The notes under the pieces are model-generated. The model did not search any database and was not told the DNA's origin. It saw only the letters and a program-made list of their open reading frames with translations. From the NCBI GenBank assembly GCA_032718475.1, contig JAUCBJ010004707.1, positions 1 through 64,000 on the forward strand: a stretch of 64,000 nucleotides of DNA, given 5' to 3'. Position numbers and translations under genes: made by a program. This document shows positions 49,101 to 61,100 of this stretch, in pieces (position 1 is the first letter of the stretch; each line of letters starts with the position of its first letter). This DNA is from Nemertoderma westbladi. Taxonomy: Eukaryota; Animalia; Xenacoelomorpha.

Positions 49101-52100
49101 CTTCTAGTGCGCTTTATATATTTGTTTGTAGGTGTGGGACCCTTCTAGTGCGCTTTATATATTTGTTTGTTTGTGAGGGACCCTTCTAGTGCACTTTATA
49201 TATTTGTTTGTAGGTGTGGGACCCTTCTAGTGCGCTTTATATATTTGTTTGTAGGTGTGGGACCCTTCTAGTGCGCTTTATATATTTGTTTGTTTGTGAG
49301 GGACCCTTCTAGTGCGCTTTATATATTTGTTTGTTTGTGAGGGACCCTTCTAGTGCGCTTTATATATTTGTTTGTAGGTGTGGGACCCTTCTAGTGCGCT
49401 TTATATATTTGGTTGTAGGTGTGGGACCCTTCTAGTGCGCTTTATATATTTGTTTGTTTGTGAGGGACCCTTCTAGTGCGCTTTATATATTTGTTTGTTT
49501 GTGAGGGACCCTTCTAGTGCGCTTTATATATTTGTTTGTAGGTGTGGGACCCTTCTAGTGCGCTTTATATATTTGGTTGTAGGTGTGGGACCCTTCTAGT
49601 GCGCTTTATATATTTGTTTGTTTGTGAGGGACCCTTCTAGTGCGCTTTATATATTTGTTTGTTTGTGTGGGACCCTTCTAGTGCGCTTTATATATTTGTT
49701 TGTTTGTGAGGGACCCTTCTAGTGCGCTTTATATATTTGTTTGTAGGTGAGGGACCCTTCTAGTGCGCTTTATATATTTGTTTGTTTGTGAGGGACCCTT
49801 CTAGTGCGCTTTATATATTTGTTTGTAGGTGAGGGACCCTTCTAGTGCGCTTTATATATTTGTTTGTTTGTGAGGGACCCTTCTAGTGCGCTTTATATAT
49901 TTGTTTGTTTGTGAGGGACCCTTCTAGTGCGCTTTATATATTTGTTTGTTTGTGAGGGACCCTTCTAGTGCGCTTTATATATTTGTTTGTTTGGTGTGGG
50001 ACCCTTCTAGTGCGCTTTATATATTTGTTTGTTTGTGAGGGACCCTTCTAGTGCGCTTTATATATTTGTTTGTTTGTGAGGGACCCTTCTAGTGCGCTTT
50101 ATATATTTGTTTGTAGGTGTGGGACCCTTCTAGTGCGCTTTATATATTTGGTTGTAGGTGTGGGACCCCTCTTGTGCGCTTTATATATTTGTTTGTTTGT
50201 GAGGGACCCTTCTAGTGCGCTTTATATATTTGTTTGTTTGGTGTGGGACCCTTCTAGTGCGCTTTATATATTTGTTTGTTTGTGAGGGACCCTTCTAGTG
50301 CGCTTTATATATTTGTTTGTTTGTGTGGGACCCTTCTAGTGCGCTTTATATATTTGGTTGTAGGTGTGGGACCCCTCTTGTGCGCTTTATATATTTGTTT
50401 GTTTGTGAGGGACCCTTCTAGTGCGCTTTATATATTTGTTTGTTTGGTGTGGGGCCCTTCTAGTGCGCTTTATATATTTGTTTGTAGGTGTGGGGCCCTT
50501 CTAGTGCGCTTTATATATTTGTTTGTAGGTGTGGGACCCTTCTAGTGCGCTTTATATATTTGGTTGTAGGTGTGGGACCCCTCTTGTGCGCTTTATATAT
50601 TTGTTTGTTTGTGAGGGACCCTTCTAGTGCGCTTTATATATTTGTTTGTTTGGTGTGGGACCCTTCTAGTGCGCTTTATATATTTGTTTGTTTGTGAGGG
50701 ACCCTTCTAGTGCGCTTTATATATTTGTTTGTTTGTGTGGGACCCTTCTAGTGCGCTTTATATATTTGTTTGTTTGGTGTGGGACCCTTCCAGTGCGCTT
50801 TATATATTTGTTTGTAGGTGTTGGACCCTTCTAGTGCGCTTTATATATTTGTTTGTTTGTGAGGGACCCTTCTAGTGCGCTTTATATATTTGTTTGTTTG
50901 TGAGGGACCCTTCTAGTGCGCTTTATATATTTGTTTGTTTGGTGTGGGACCCTTCTAGTGCGCTTTATATATTTGTTTGTTTGTGAGGGACCCTTCTAGT
51001 GCGCTTTATATATTTGTTTGTTTGTGTGGGACCCTTCTAGTGCACTTTATATATTTGTTTGTTTGTGTGGGACCCTTCTAGTGCGCTTTATATATTTGTT
51101 TGTTTGTGAGGGACCCTTCTAGTGCGCTTTATATATTTGTTTGTTTGTGAGGGACCCTTCTAGTGCGCTTTATATATTTGTTTGTTTGTGTGGGACCCTT
51201 CTAGTGCGCTTTATATATTTGTTTGTTTGTGAGGGACCCTTCTAGTGCGCTTTATATATTTGTTTGTTTGTGAGGGACCCTTCTAGTGCGCTTTATATTT
51301 GTTTGTTTGTGAGGGACCCTTCTAGTGCGCTTTATATATTTGTTTGTTTGTGAGGGACCCTTCTAGTGCGCTTTATATATTTGTTTGTTTGTGAGGGACC
51401 CTTCTAGTGCGCTTTATATATTTGTTTGTTTGTGAGGGACCCTTCTAGTGCGCTTTATATATTTGTTTGTTTGTGAGGGACCCTTCTAGTGCGCTTTATA
51501 TATTTGTTTGTTTGTGTGGGACCCTTCTAGTGCGCTTTATATATTTGTTTGTTTGGTGTGGGACCCTTCCAGTGCGCTTTATATATTTGTTTGTAGGTGT
51601 TGGACCCTTCTAGTGCGCTTTATATATTTGTTTGTAGGTGAGGGACCCTTCTAGTGCGCTTTATATATTTGTTTGTAGGTGTGGGACCCTTCTAGTGCGC
51701 TTTATATATTTGGTTGTAGGTGTGGGACCCCTCTTGTGCGCTTTATATATTTGTTTGTTTGTGAGGGACCCTTCTAGTGCGCTTTATATATTTGTTTGTT
51801 TGTGAGGGACCCTTCTAGTGCGCTTTATATATTTGTTTGTTTGTGAGGGACCCTTCTAGTGCACTTTATATATTTGTTTGTTTGTGAGGGACCCTTCTAG
51901 TGCGCTTTATATATTTGTTTGTTTGTGTGGGACCCTTCTAGTGCGCTTTATATATTTGTTTGTAGGTGTGGGACCCTTCTAGTGCGCTTTATATATTTGG
52001 TTGTAGGTGTGGGACCCTTCTAGTGCGCTTTATATATTTGTTTGTTTGTGAGGGACCCTTCTAGTGCGCTTTATATATTTGTTTGTTTGTGAGGGACCCT

Positions 52101-55100
52101 TCTAGTGCGCTTTATATATTTGTTTGTAGGTGTGGGACCCTTCTAGTGCGCTTTATATATTTGTTTGTAGGTGTGGGACCCTTCTAGTGCGCTTTATATA
52201 TTTGTTTGTAGGTGTGGGACCCTTCTAGTGCGCTTTATATATTTGTTTGTAGGTGTGGGACCCTTCTAGTGCTCTTTATATATTTGTTTGTAGGTGTGGG
52301 ACCCTTCTAGTGCGCTTTATATATTTGTTTGTAGGTGTGGGACCCTTCTAGTGCGCTTTATATATTTGTTTGTAGGTGAGGGACCCTTCTAGTGCGCTTT
52401 ATATATTTGTTTGTTTGTGAGGGACCCTTCTAGTGCGCTTTATATATTTGTTTGTTTGTGAGGGACCCTTCTAGTGCGCTTTATATATTTGTTTGTAGGT
52501 GTGGGACCCTTCTAGTGCGCTTTATATATTTGTTTGTTTGTGAGGGACCCTTCTAGTGCGCTTTATATATTTGTTTGTAGGTGTGGGACCCTTCTAGTGC
52601 GCTTTATATATTTGTTTGTTTGTGAGGGACCCTTCTAGTGCGCTTTATATATTTGTTTGTTTGTGAGGGACCCTTCTAGTGCGCTTTATATATTTGATTG
52701 TAGGTGTGGGACCCTTCTAGTGCACTTTATATATTTGTTTGTTTGTGTGGGACCCTTCTAGTGCGCTTTATATATTTGTTTGTTTGTGTGGGACCCTTCT
52801 AGTGCACTTTATATATTTGTTTGTTTGTGTGGGACCCTTCTAGTGCGCTTTATATATTTGTTTGTTTGTGTGGGACCCTTCTAGTGCGCTTTATATATTT
52901 GTTTGTAGGTGTGGGACCCTTCTAGTGCGCTTTATATATTTGTTTGTTTGTGTGGGACCCTTCTAGTGCGCTTTATATATTTGTTTGTAGGTGTGGGACC
53001 CTTCTAGTGCGCTTTATATATTTGATTGTAGGTGTGGGACCCTTCTAGTGCGCTTTATATATTTGTTTGTTTGTGTGGGACCCTTCTAGTGTGCTTTATA
53101 TATTTGATTGTAGGTGTGGGACCCTTCTAGTGCGCTTTATATATTTGGTTGTAGGTGTGGGACCCCTCTTGTGCGCTTTATATATTTGTTTGTAGGTGAG
53201 GGACCCTTCTAGTGCGCTTTATATATTTGTTTGTAGGTGTGGGACCCTTCTAGTGCGCTTTATATATTTGTTTGTAGGTGTGGGACCCTTCTAGTGCGCT
53301 TTATATATTTGGTTGTAGGTGTGGGACCCCTCTTGTGCGCTTTATATATTTGTTTGTAGGTGAGGGACCCTTCTAGTGCGCTTTATATATTTGTTTGTAG
53401 GTGTGGGACCCTTCTAGTGCGCTTTATATATTTGTTTGTAGGTGAGGGACCCTTCTAGTGCGCTTTATATATTTGTTTGTAGGTGTGGGACCCTTCTAGT
53501 GCGCTTTATATATTTGTTTGTAGGTGTGGGACCCTTCTAGTGCGCTTTATATATTTGTTTGTTTGTGTGGGACCCTTCTAGTGCGCTTTATATATTTGTT
53601 TGTTTGTGTGGGACCCTTCTAGTGCGCTTTATATATTTGTTTGTAGGTGTGGGACCCTTCTAGTGTGCTTTATATATTTGATTGTAGGTGTGGGACCCTT
53701 CTAGTGCGCTTTATATATTTGTTTGTTTGTGTGGGACCCTTCTAGTGCGCTTTATATATTTGTTTGTTTGTGTGGGACCCTTCTAGTGCGCTTTATATAT
53801 TTGTTTGTTTGTGTGGGACCCTTCTAGTGCACTTTATATATTTGTTTGTTTGTGTGGGACCCTTCTAGTGCGCTTTATATATTTGTTTGTTTGTGAGGGA
53901 CCCTTCTAGTGCGCTTTATATATTTGTTTGTTTGTGAGGGACCCTTCTAGTGCGCTTTATATATTTGTTTGTTTGTGTGGGACCCTTCTAGTGCGCTTTA
54001 TATATTTGTTTGTTTGTGTGGGACCCTTCTAGTGCGCTTTATATATTTGTTTGTTTGTGTGGGACCCTTCTAGTGCGCTTTATATATTTGTTTGTTTGTG
54101 TGGGACCCTTCTAGTGCACTTTATATATTTGTTTGTTTGTGTGGGACCCTTCTAGTGCGCTTTATATATTTGTTTGTTTGTGTGGGACCCTTCTAGTGCG
54201 CTTTATATATTTGTTTGTTTGTGTGGGACCCTTCTAGTGCGCTTTATATATTTGTTTTTAGGTGTGGGACCCTTCTAGTGCGCTTTATATATTTGTTTGT
54301 AGGTGTGGGACCCTTCTAGTGCGCTTTATATATTTGTTTGTAGGTGTGGGACCCTTCTAGTGCGCTTTATATATTTGTTTGTAGGTGTGGGACCCTTCTA
54401 GTGCGCTTTATATATTTGTTTGTAGGTGTGGGACCCTTCTAGTGCGCTTTATATATTTGTTTGTAGGTGTGGGACCCTTCTAGTGCGCTTTATATATTTG
54501 TTTGTTTGTGTGGGACCCTTCTAGTGCGCTTTATATATTTGTTTGTTTGTGTGGGACCCTTCTAGTGCGCTTTATATATTTGTTTGTTTGTGTGGGACCC
54601 TTCTAGTGCGCTTTATATATTTGTTTGTTTGTGTGGGACCCTTCTAGTGCGCTTTATATATTTGTTTGTTTGTGTGGGACCCTTCTAGTGCGCTTTATAT
54701 ATTTGTTTGTTTGTGTGGGACCCTTCTAGTGCGCTTTATATATTTGTTTGTTTGTGTGGGACCCTTCTAGTGCGCTTTATATATTTGTTTGTTTGTGTGG
54801 GACCCTTCTAGTGCGCTTTATATATTTGTTTGTTTGTGTGGGACCCTTCTAGTGCGCTTTATATATTTGTTTGTTTGTGTGGGACCCTTCTAGTGCGCTT
54901 TATATATTTGTTTGTTTGTGTGGGACCCTTCTAGTGCGCTTTATATATTTGTTTGTTTGTGAGGGACCCTTCTAGTGCGCTTTATATATTTGTTTGTAGG
55001 TGTGGGGCCCTTCTAGTGCGCTTTATATATTTGTTTGTAGGTGTGGGACCCTTCTAGTGCGCTTTATATATTTGTTTGTAGGTGTGGGACCCTTCTAGTG

Positions 55101-58100
55101 CGCTTTATATATTTGTTTGTAGGTGTGGGACCCTTCTAGTGCGCTTTATATATTTGTTTGTTTGTGTGGGACCCTTCTAGTGCGCTTTATATATTTGTTT
55201 GTTTGTGAGGGACCCTTCTAGTGCGCTTTATATATTTGTTTGTTTGTGTGGGACCCTTCTAGTGCGCTTTATATATTTGTTTGTAGGTGTGGGACCCTTC
55301 TAGTGCGCTTTATATATTTGTTTGTTTGTGAGGGACCCTTCTAGTGCGCTTTATATATTTGTTTGTAGGTGTGGGGCCCTTCTAGTGCGCTTTATATATT
55401 TGTTTGTAGGTGTGGGGCCCTTCTAGTGCGCTTTATATATTTGTTTGTTTGTGTGGGACCCTTCTAGTGCACTTTATATATTTGTTTGTTTGTGAGGGAC
55501 CCTTCTAGTGCACTTTATATATTTGTTTGTTTGTGTGGGACCCTTCTAGTGCACTTTATATATTTGTTTGTTTGTGTGGGACCCTTCTAGTGCGCTTTAT
55601 ATATTTGTTTGTAGGTGTGGGGCCCTTCTAGTGCGCTTTATATATTTGTTTGTTTGTGAGGGACCCTTCTAGTGCGCTTTATATATTTGTTTGTAGGTGT
55701 GGGGCCCTTCTAGTGCGCTTTATATATTTGTTTGTAGGTGTGGGGCCCTTCTAGTGCGCTTTATATATTTGTTTGTTTGTGTGGGACCCTTCTAGTGCAC
55801 TTTATATATTTGTTTGTTTGTGAGGGACCCTTCTAGTGCACTTTATATATTTGTTTGTTTGTGTGGGACCCTTCTAGTGCACTTTATATATTTGTTTGTT
55901 TGTGTGGGACCCTTCTAGTGCGCTTTATATATTTGTTTGTTTGTGTGGGACCCTTCTAGTGCACTTTATATATTTGTTTGTTTGTGAGGGACCCTTCTAG
56001 TGCGCTTTATATATTTGTTTGTAGGTGTGGGGCCCTTCTAGTGCGCTTTATATATTTGTTTGTAGGTGTGGGGCCCTTCTAGTGCGCTTTATATATTTGT
56101 TTGTTTGTGTGGGACCCTTCTAGTGCGCTTTATATATTTGTTTGTTTGTGTGGGACCCTTCTAGTGCACTTTATATATTTGTTTGTTTGTGAGGGACCCT
56201 TCTAGTGCGCTTTATATATTTGTTTGTTTGTGTGGGACCCTTCTAGTGCACTTTATATATTTGTTTGTTTGTGAGGGACCCTTCTAGTGCGCTTTATATA
56301 TTTGTTTGTTTGTGTGGGACCCTTCTAGTGCGCTTTATATATTTGTTTGTTTGTGAGGGACCCTTCTAGTGCGCTTTATATATTTGTTTGTTTGTGAGGG
56401 ACCCTTCTAGTGCGCTTTATATATTTGTTTGTTTGTGTGGGACCCTTCTAGTGCACTTTATATATTTGTTTGTTTGTGTGGGACCCTTCTAGTGCACTTT
56501 ATATATTTGTTTGTTTGTGAGGGACCCTTCTAGTGCACTTTATATATTTGTTTGTTTGTGTGGGACCCTTCTAGTGCACTTTATATATTTGTTTGTTTGT
56601 GTGGGACCCTTCTAGTGCGCTTTATATATTTGTTTGTTTGTGTGGGACCCTTCTAGTGCACTTTATATATTTGTTTGTTTGTGAGGGACCCTTCTAGTGC
56701 GCTTTATATATTTGTTTGTAGGTGTGGGGCCCTTCTAGTGCGCTTTATATATTTGTTTGTAGGTGTGGGGCCCTTCTAGTGCGCTTTATATATTTGTTTG
56801 TTTGTGTGGGACCCTTCTAGTGCGCTTTATATATTTGTTTGTTTGTGTGGGACCCTTCTAGTGCACTTTATATATTTGTTTGTTTGTGAGGGACCCTTCT
56901 AGTGCGCTTTATATATTTGTTTGTTTGTGTGGGACCCTTCTAGTGCGCTTTATATATTTGTTTGTTTGTGAGGGACCCTTCTAGTGCGCTTTATATATTT
57001 GTTTGTTTGTGAGGGACCCTTCTAGTGCGCTTTATATATTTGTTTGTTTGTGTGGGACCCTTCTAGTGCACTTTATATATTTGTTTGTTTGTGAGGGACC
57101 CTTCTAGTGCGCTTTATATATTTGTTTGTTTGTGTGGGACCCTTCTAGTGCGCTTTATATATTTGTTTGTTTGTGAGGGACCCTTCTAGTGCGCTTTATA
57201 TATTTGTTTGTTTGTGAGGGACCCTTCTAGTGCGCTTTATATATTTGTTTGTTTGTGAGGGACCCTTCTAGTGCGCTTTATATATTTGTTTGTTTGTGAG
57301 GGACCCTTCTAGTGCGCTTTATATATTTGTTTGTTTGTGAGGGACCCTTCTAGTGCGCTTTATATATTTGTTTGTTTGTGTGGGACCCTTCTAGTGCGCT
57401 TTATATATTTGTTTGTTTGTGAGGGACCCTTCTAGTGCGCTTTATATATTTGTTTGTTTGTGAGGGACCCTTCTAGTGCGCTTTATATATTTGTTTGTAG
57501 GTGAGGGACCCTTCTAGTGCACTTTATATATTTGTTTGTTTGTGTGGGACCCTTCTAGTGCGCTTTATATATTTGTTTGTTTGTGTGGGACCCTTCTAGT
57601 GCACTTTATATATTTGTTTGTTTGTGAGGGACCCTTCTAGTGCGCTTTATATATTTGTTTGTTTGTGTGGGACCCTTCTAGTGCGCTTTATATATTTGTT
57701 TGTTTGTGAGGGACCCTTCTAGTGCGCTTTATATATTTGTTTGTTTGTGAGGGACCCTTCTAGTGCGCTTTATATATTTGTTTGTAGGTGTGGGGCCCTT
57801 CTAGTGCGCTTTATATATTTGTTTGTAGGTGTGGGGCCCTTCTAGTGCGCTTTATATATTTGTTTGTAGGTGTGGGACCCTTCTAGTGCGCTTTATATAT
57901 TTGTTTGTTTGTGTGGGACCCTTCTAGTGCGCTTTATATATTTGTTTGTTTGTGTGGGACCCTTCTAGTGCGCTTTATATATTTGTTTGTTTGTGTGGGA
58001 CCCTTCCAGTGCGCTTTATATATTTGTTTGTTTGTGTGGGACCCTTCTAGTGCGCTTTATATATTTGTTTGTAGGTGTGGGACCCTTCTAGTGCGCTTTA

Positions 58101-61100
58101 TATATTTGTTTGTTTGTGAGGGACCCTTCTAGTGCGCTTTATATATTTGTTTGTTTGTGAGGGACCCTTCTAGTGCGCTTTATATATTTGTTTGTTTGTG
58201 AGGGACCCTTCTAGTGCGCTTTATATATTTGTTTGTTTGTGTGGGACCCTTCTAGTGCGCTTTATATATTTGTTTGTTTGTGTGGGACCCTTCTAGTGCA
58301 CTTTATATATTTGTTTGTTTGTGTGGGACCCTTCTAGTGCGCTTTATATATTTGTTTGTTTGTGTGGGACCCTTCTAGTGCACTTTATATATTTGTTTGT
58401 TTGTGTGGGACCCTTCTAGTGCACTTTATATATTTGTTTGTTTGTGTGGGACCCTTCTAGTGCGCTTTATATATTTGTTTGTTTGTGTGGGACCCTTCTA
58501 GTGCACTTTATATATTTGTTTGTTTGTGTGGGACCCTTCTAGTGCGCTTTATATATTTGTTTGTTTGTGTGGGACCCTTCTAGTGCACTTTATATATTTG
58601 TTTGTTTGTGTGGGACCCTTCTAGTGCGCTTTATATATTTGTTTGTAGGTGTGGGACCCTTCTAGTGCGCTTTATATATTTGTTTTTAGGTGAGGGACCC
58701 TTCTAGTGCGCTTTATATATTTGTTTGTTTGGTGTGGGACCCTTCTAGTGCGCTTTATATATTTGTTTGTTTGTGTGGGACCCTTCTAGTGCACTTTATA
58801 TATTTGTTTGTTTGTGTGGGACCCTTCTAGTGCGCTTTATATATTTGTTTGTTTGTGTGGGACCCTTCTAGTGCGCTTTATATATTTGTTTGTTTGTGTG
58901 GGACCCTTCTAGTGCGCTTTATATATTTGTTTGTTTGTGAGGGACCCTTCTAGTGCGCTTTATATATTTGTTTGTTTGTGTGGGACCCTTCTAGTGCGCT
59001 TTATATATTTGTTTGTTTGTGTGGGACCCTTCTAGTGCGCTTTATATATTTGTTTGTAGGTGTGGGACCCTTCTAGTGCGCTTTATATATTTGTTTTTAG
59101 GTGAGGGACCCTTCTAGTGCGCTTTATATATTTGTTTGTTTGGTGTGGGACCCTTCTAGTGCGCTTTATATATTTGTTTGTTTGTGTGGGACCCTTCTAG
59201 TGCACTTTATATATTTGTTTGTTTGTGTGGGACCCTTCTAGTGCGCTTTATATATTTGTTTGTTTGTGTGGGACCCTTCTAGTGCGCTTTATATATTTGT
59301 TTGTTTGTGTGGGACCCTTCTAGTGCGCTTTATATATTTGTTTGTTTGTGAGGGACCCTTCTAGTGCGCTTTATATATTTGTTTGTTTGTGTGGGACCCT
59401 TCTAGTGCGCTTTATATATTTGTTTGTTTGTGTGGGACCCTTCTAGTGCGCTTTATATATTTGTTTGTTTGTGTGGGACCCTTCTAGTGCACTTTATATA
59501 TTTGTTTGTTTGTGTGGGACCCTTCTAGTGCGCTTTATATATTTGTTTGTTTGTGTGGGACCCTTCTAGTGCACTTTATATATTTGTTTGTTTGTGAGGG
59601 ACCCTTCTAGTGCACTTTATATATTTGTTTGTTTGTGTGGGACCCTTCTAGTGCACTTTATATATTTGTTTGTTTGTGTGGGACCCTTCTAGTGCGCTTT
59701 ATATATTTGTTTGTTTGTGTGGGACCCTTCTAGTGCACTTTATATATTTGTTTGTTTGTGAGGGACCCTTCTAGTGCACTTTATATATTTGTTTGTTTGT
59801 GTGGGACCCTTCTAGTGCGCTTTATATATTTGTTTGTTTGTGTGGGACCCTTCTAGTGCACTTTATATATTTGTTTGTTTGTGAGGGACCCTTCTAGTGC
59901 GCTTTATATATTTGTTTGTTTGTGTGGGACCCTTCTAGTGCGCTTTATATATTTGTTTGTTTGTGTGGGACCCTTCTAGTGCGCTTTATATATTTGTTTG
60001 TTTGTGTGGGACCCTTCTAGTGCGCTTTATATATTTGTTTGTAGGTGTGGGACCCTTCTAGTGCGCTTTATATATTTGTTTGTTTGTGTGGGACCCTTCT
60101 AGTGCGCTTTATATATTTGTTTGTTTGTGTGGGACCCTTCTAGTGCACTTTATATATTTGTTTGTTTGTGTGGGACCCTTCTAGTGCGCTTTATATATTT
60201 GTTTGTTTGTGTGGGACCCTTCTAGTGCGCTTTATATATTTGTTTGTTTGTGTGGGACCCTTCTAGTGCACTTTATATATTTGTTTGTTTGTGTGGGACC
60301 CTTCTAGTGCGCTTTATATATTTGTTTGTTTGTGTGGGACCCTTCTAGTGCACTTTATATATTTGTTTGTTTGTGTGGGACCCTTCTAGTGCGCTTTATA
60401 TATTTGTTTGTTTGTGTGGGACCCTTCTAGTGCACTTTATATATTTGTTTGTTTGTGTGGGACCCTTCTAGTGCACTTTATATATTTGTTTGTTTGTGTG
60501 GGACCCTTCTAGTGCACTTTATATATTTGTTTGTTTGTGTGGGACCCTTCTAGTGCGCTTTATATATTTGTTTGTTTGTGTGGGACCCTTCTAGTGCACT
60601 TTATATATTTGTTTGTTTGTGTGGGACCCTTCTAGTGCACTTTATATATTTGTTTGTAGGTGAGGGACCCTTCTAGTGCACTTTATATATTTGTTTGTTT
60701 GTGTGGGACCCTTCTAGTGCGCTTTATATATTTGTTTGTTTGTGTGGGACCCTTCTAGTGCGCTTTATATATTTGTTTGTAGGTGTGGGACCCTTCTAGT
60801 GCGCTTTATATATTTGTTTGTAGGTGTGGGACCCTTCTAGTGCGCTTTATATATTTGTTTGTAGGTGTGGGACCCTTCTAGTGCGCTTTATATATTTGTT
60901 TGTAGGTGTGGGACCCTTCTAGTGCGCTTTATATATTTGTTTGTAGGTGTGGGACCCTTCTAGTGCGCTTTATATATTTGTTTGTAGGTGTGGGACCCTT
61001 CTAGTACGCTTTATATATTTGTTTGTAGGTGTGGGACCCTTCTAGTGCGCTTTATATATTTGTTTGTAGGTGTGGGACCCTTCTAGTGCGCTATATATTT

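Noticed and set aside
38224-58132. Short hydrophobic ORFs (MWDPSSALYIF...) in the 41-bp array
   Set aside because: Chance read-through of 41-bp units with indels. Only the first ~8 codons (VWDPSSAL) are plausibly exon-derived.
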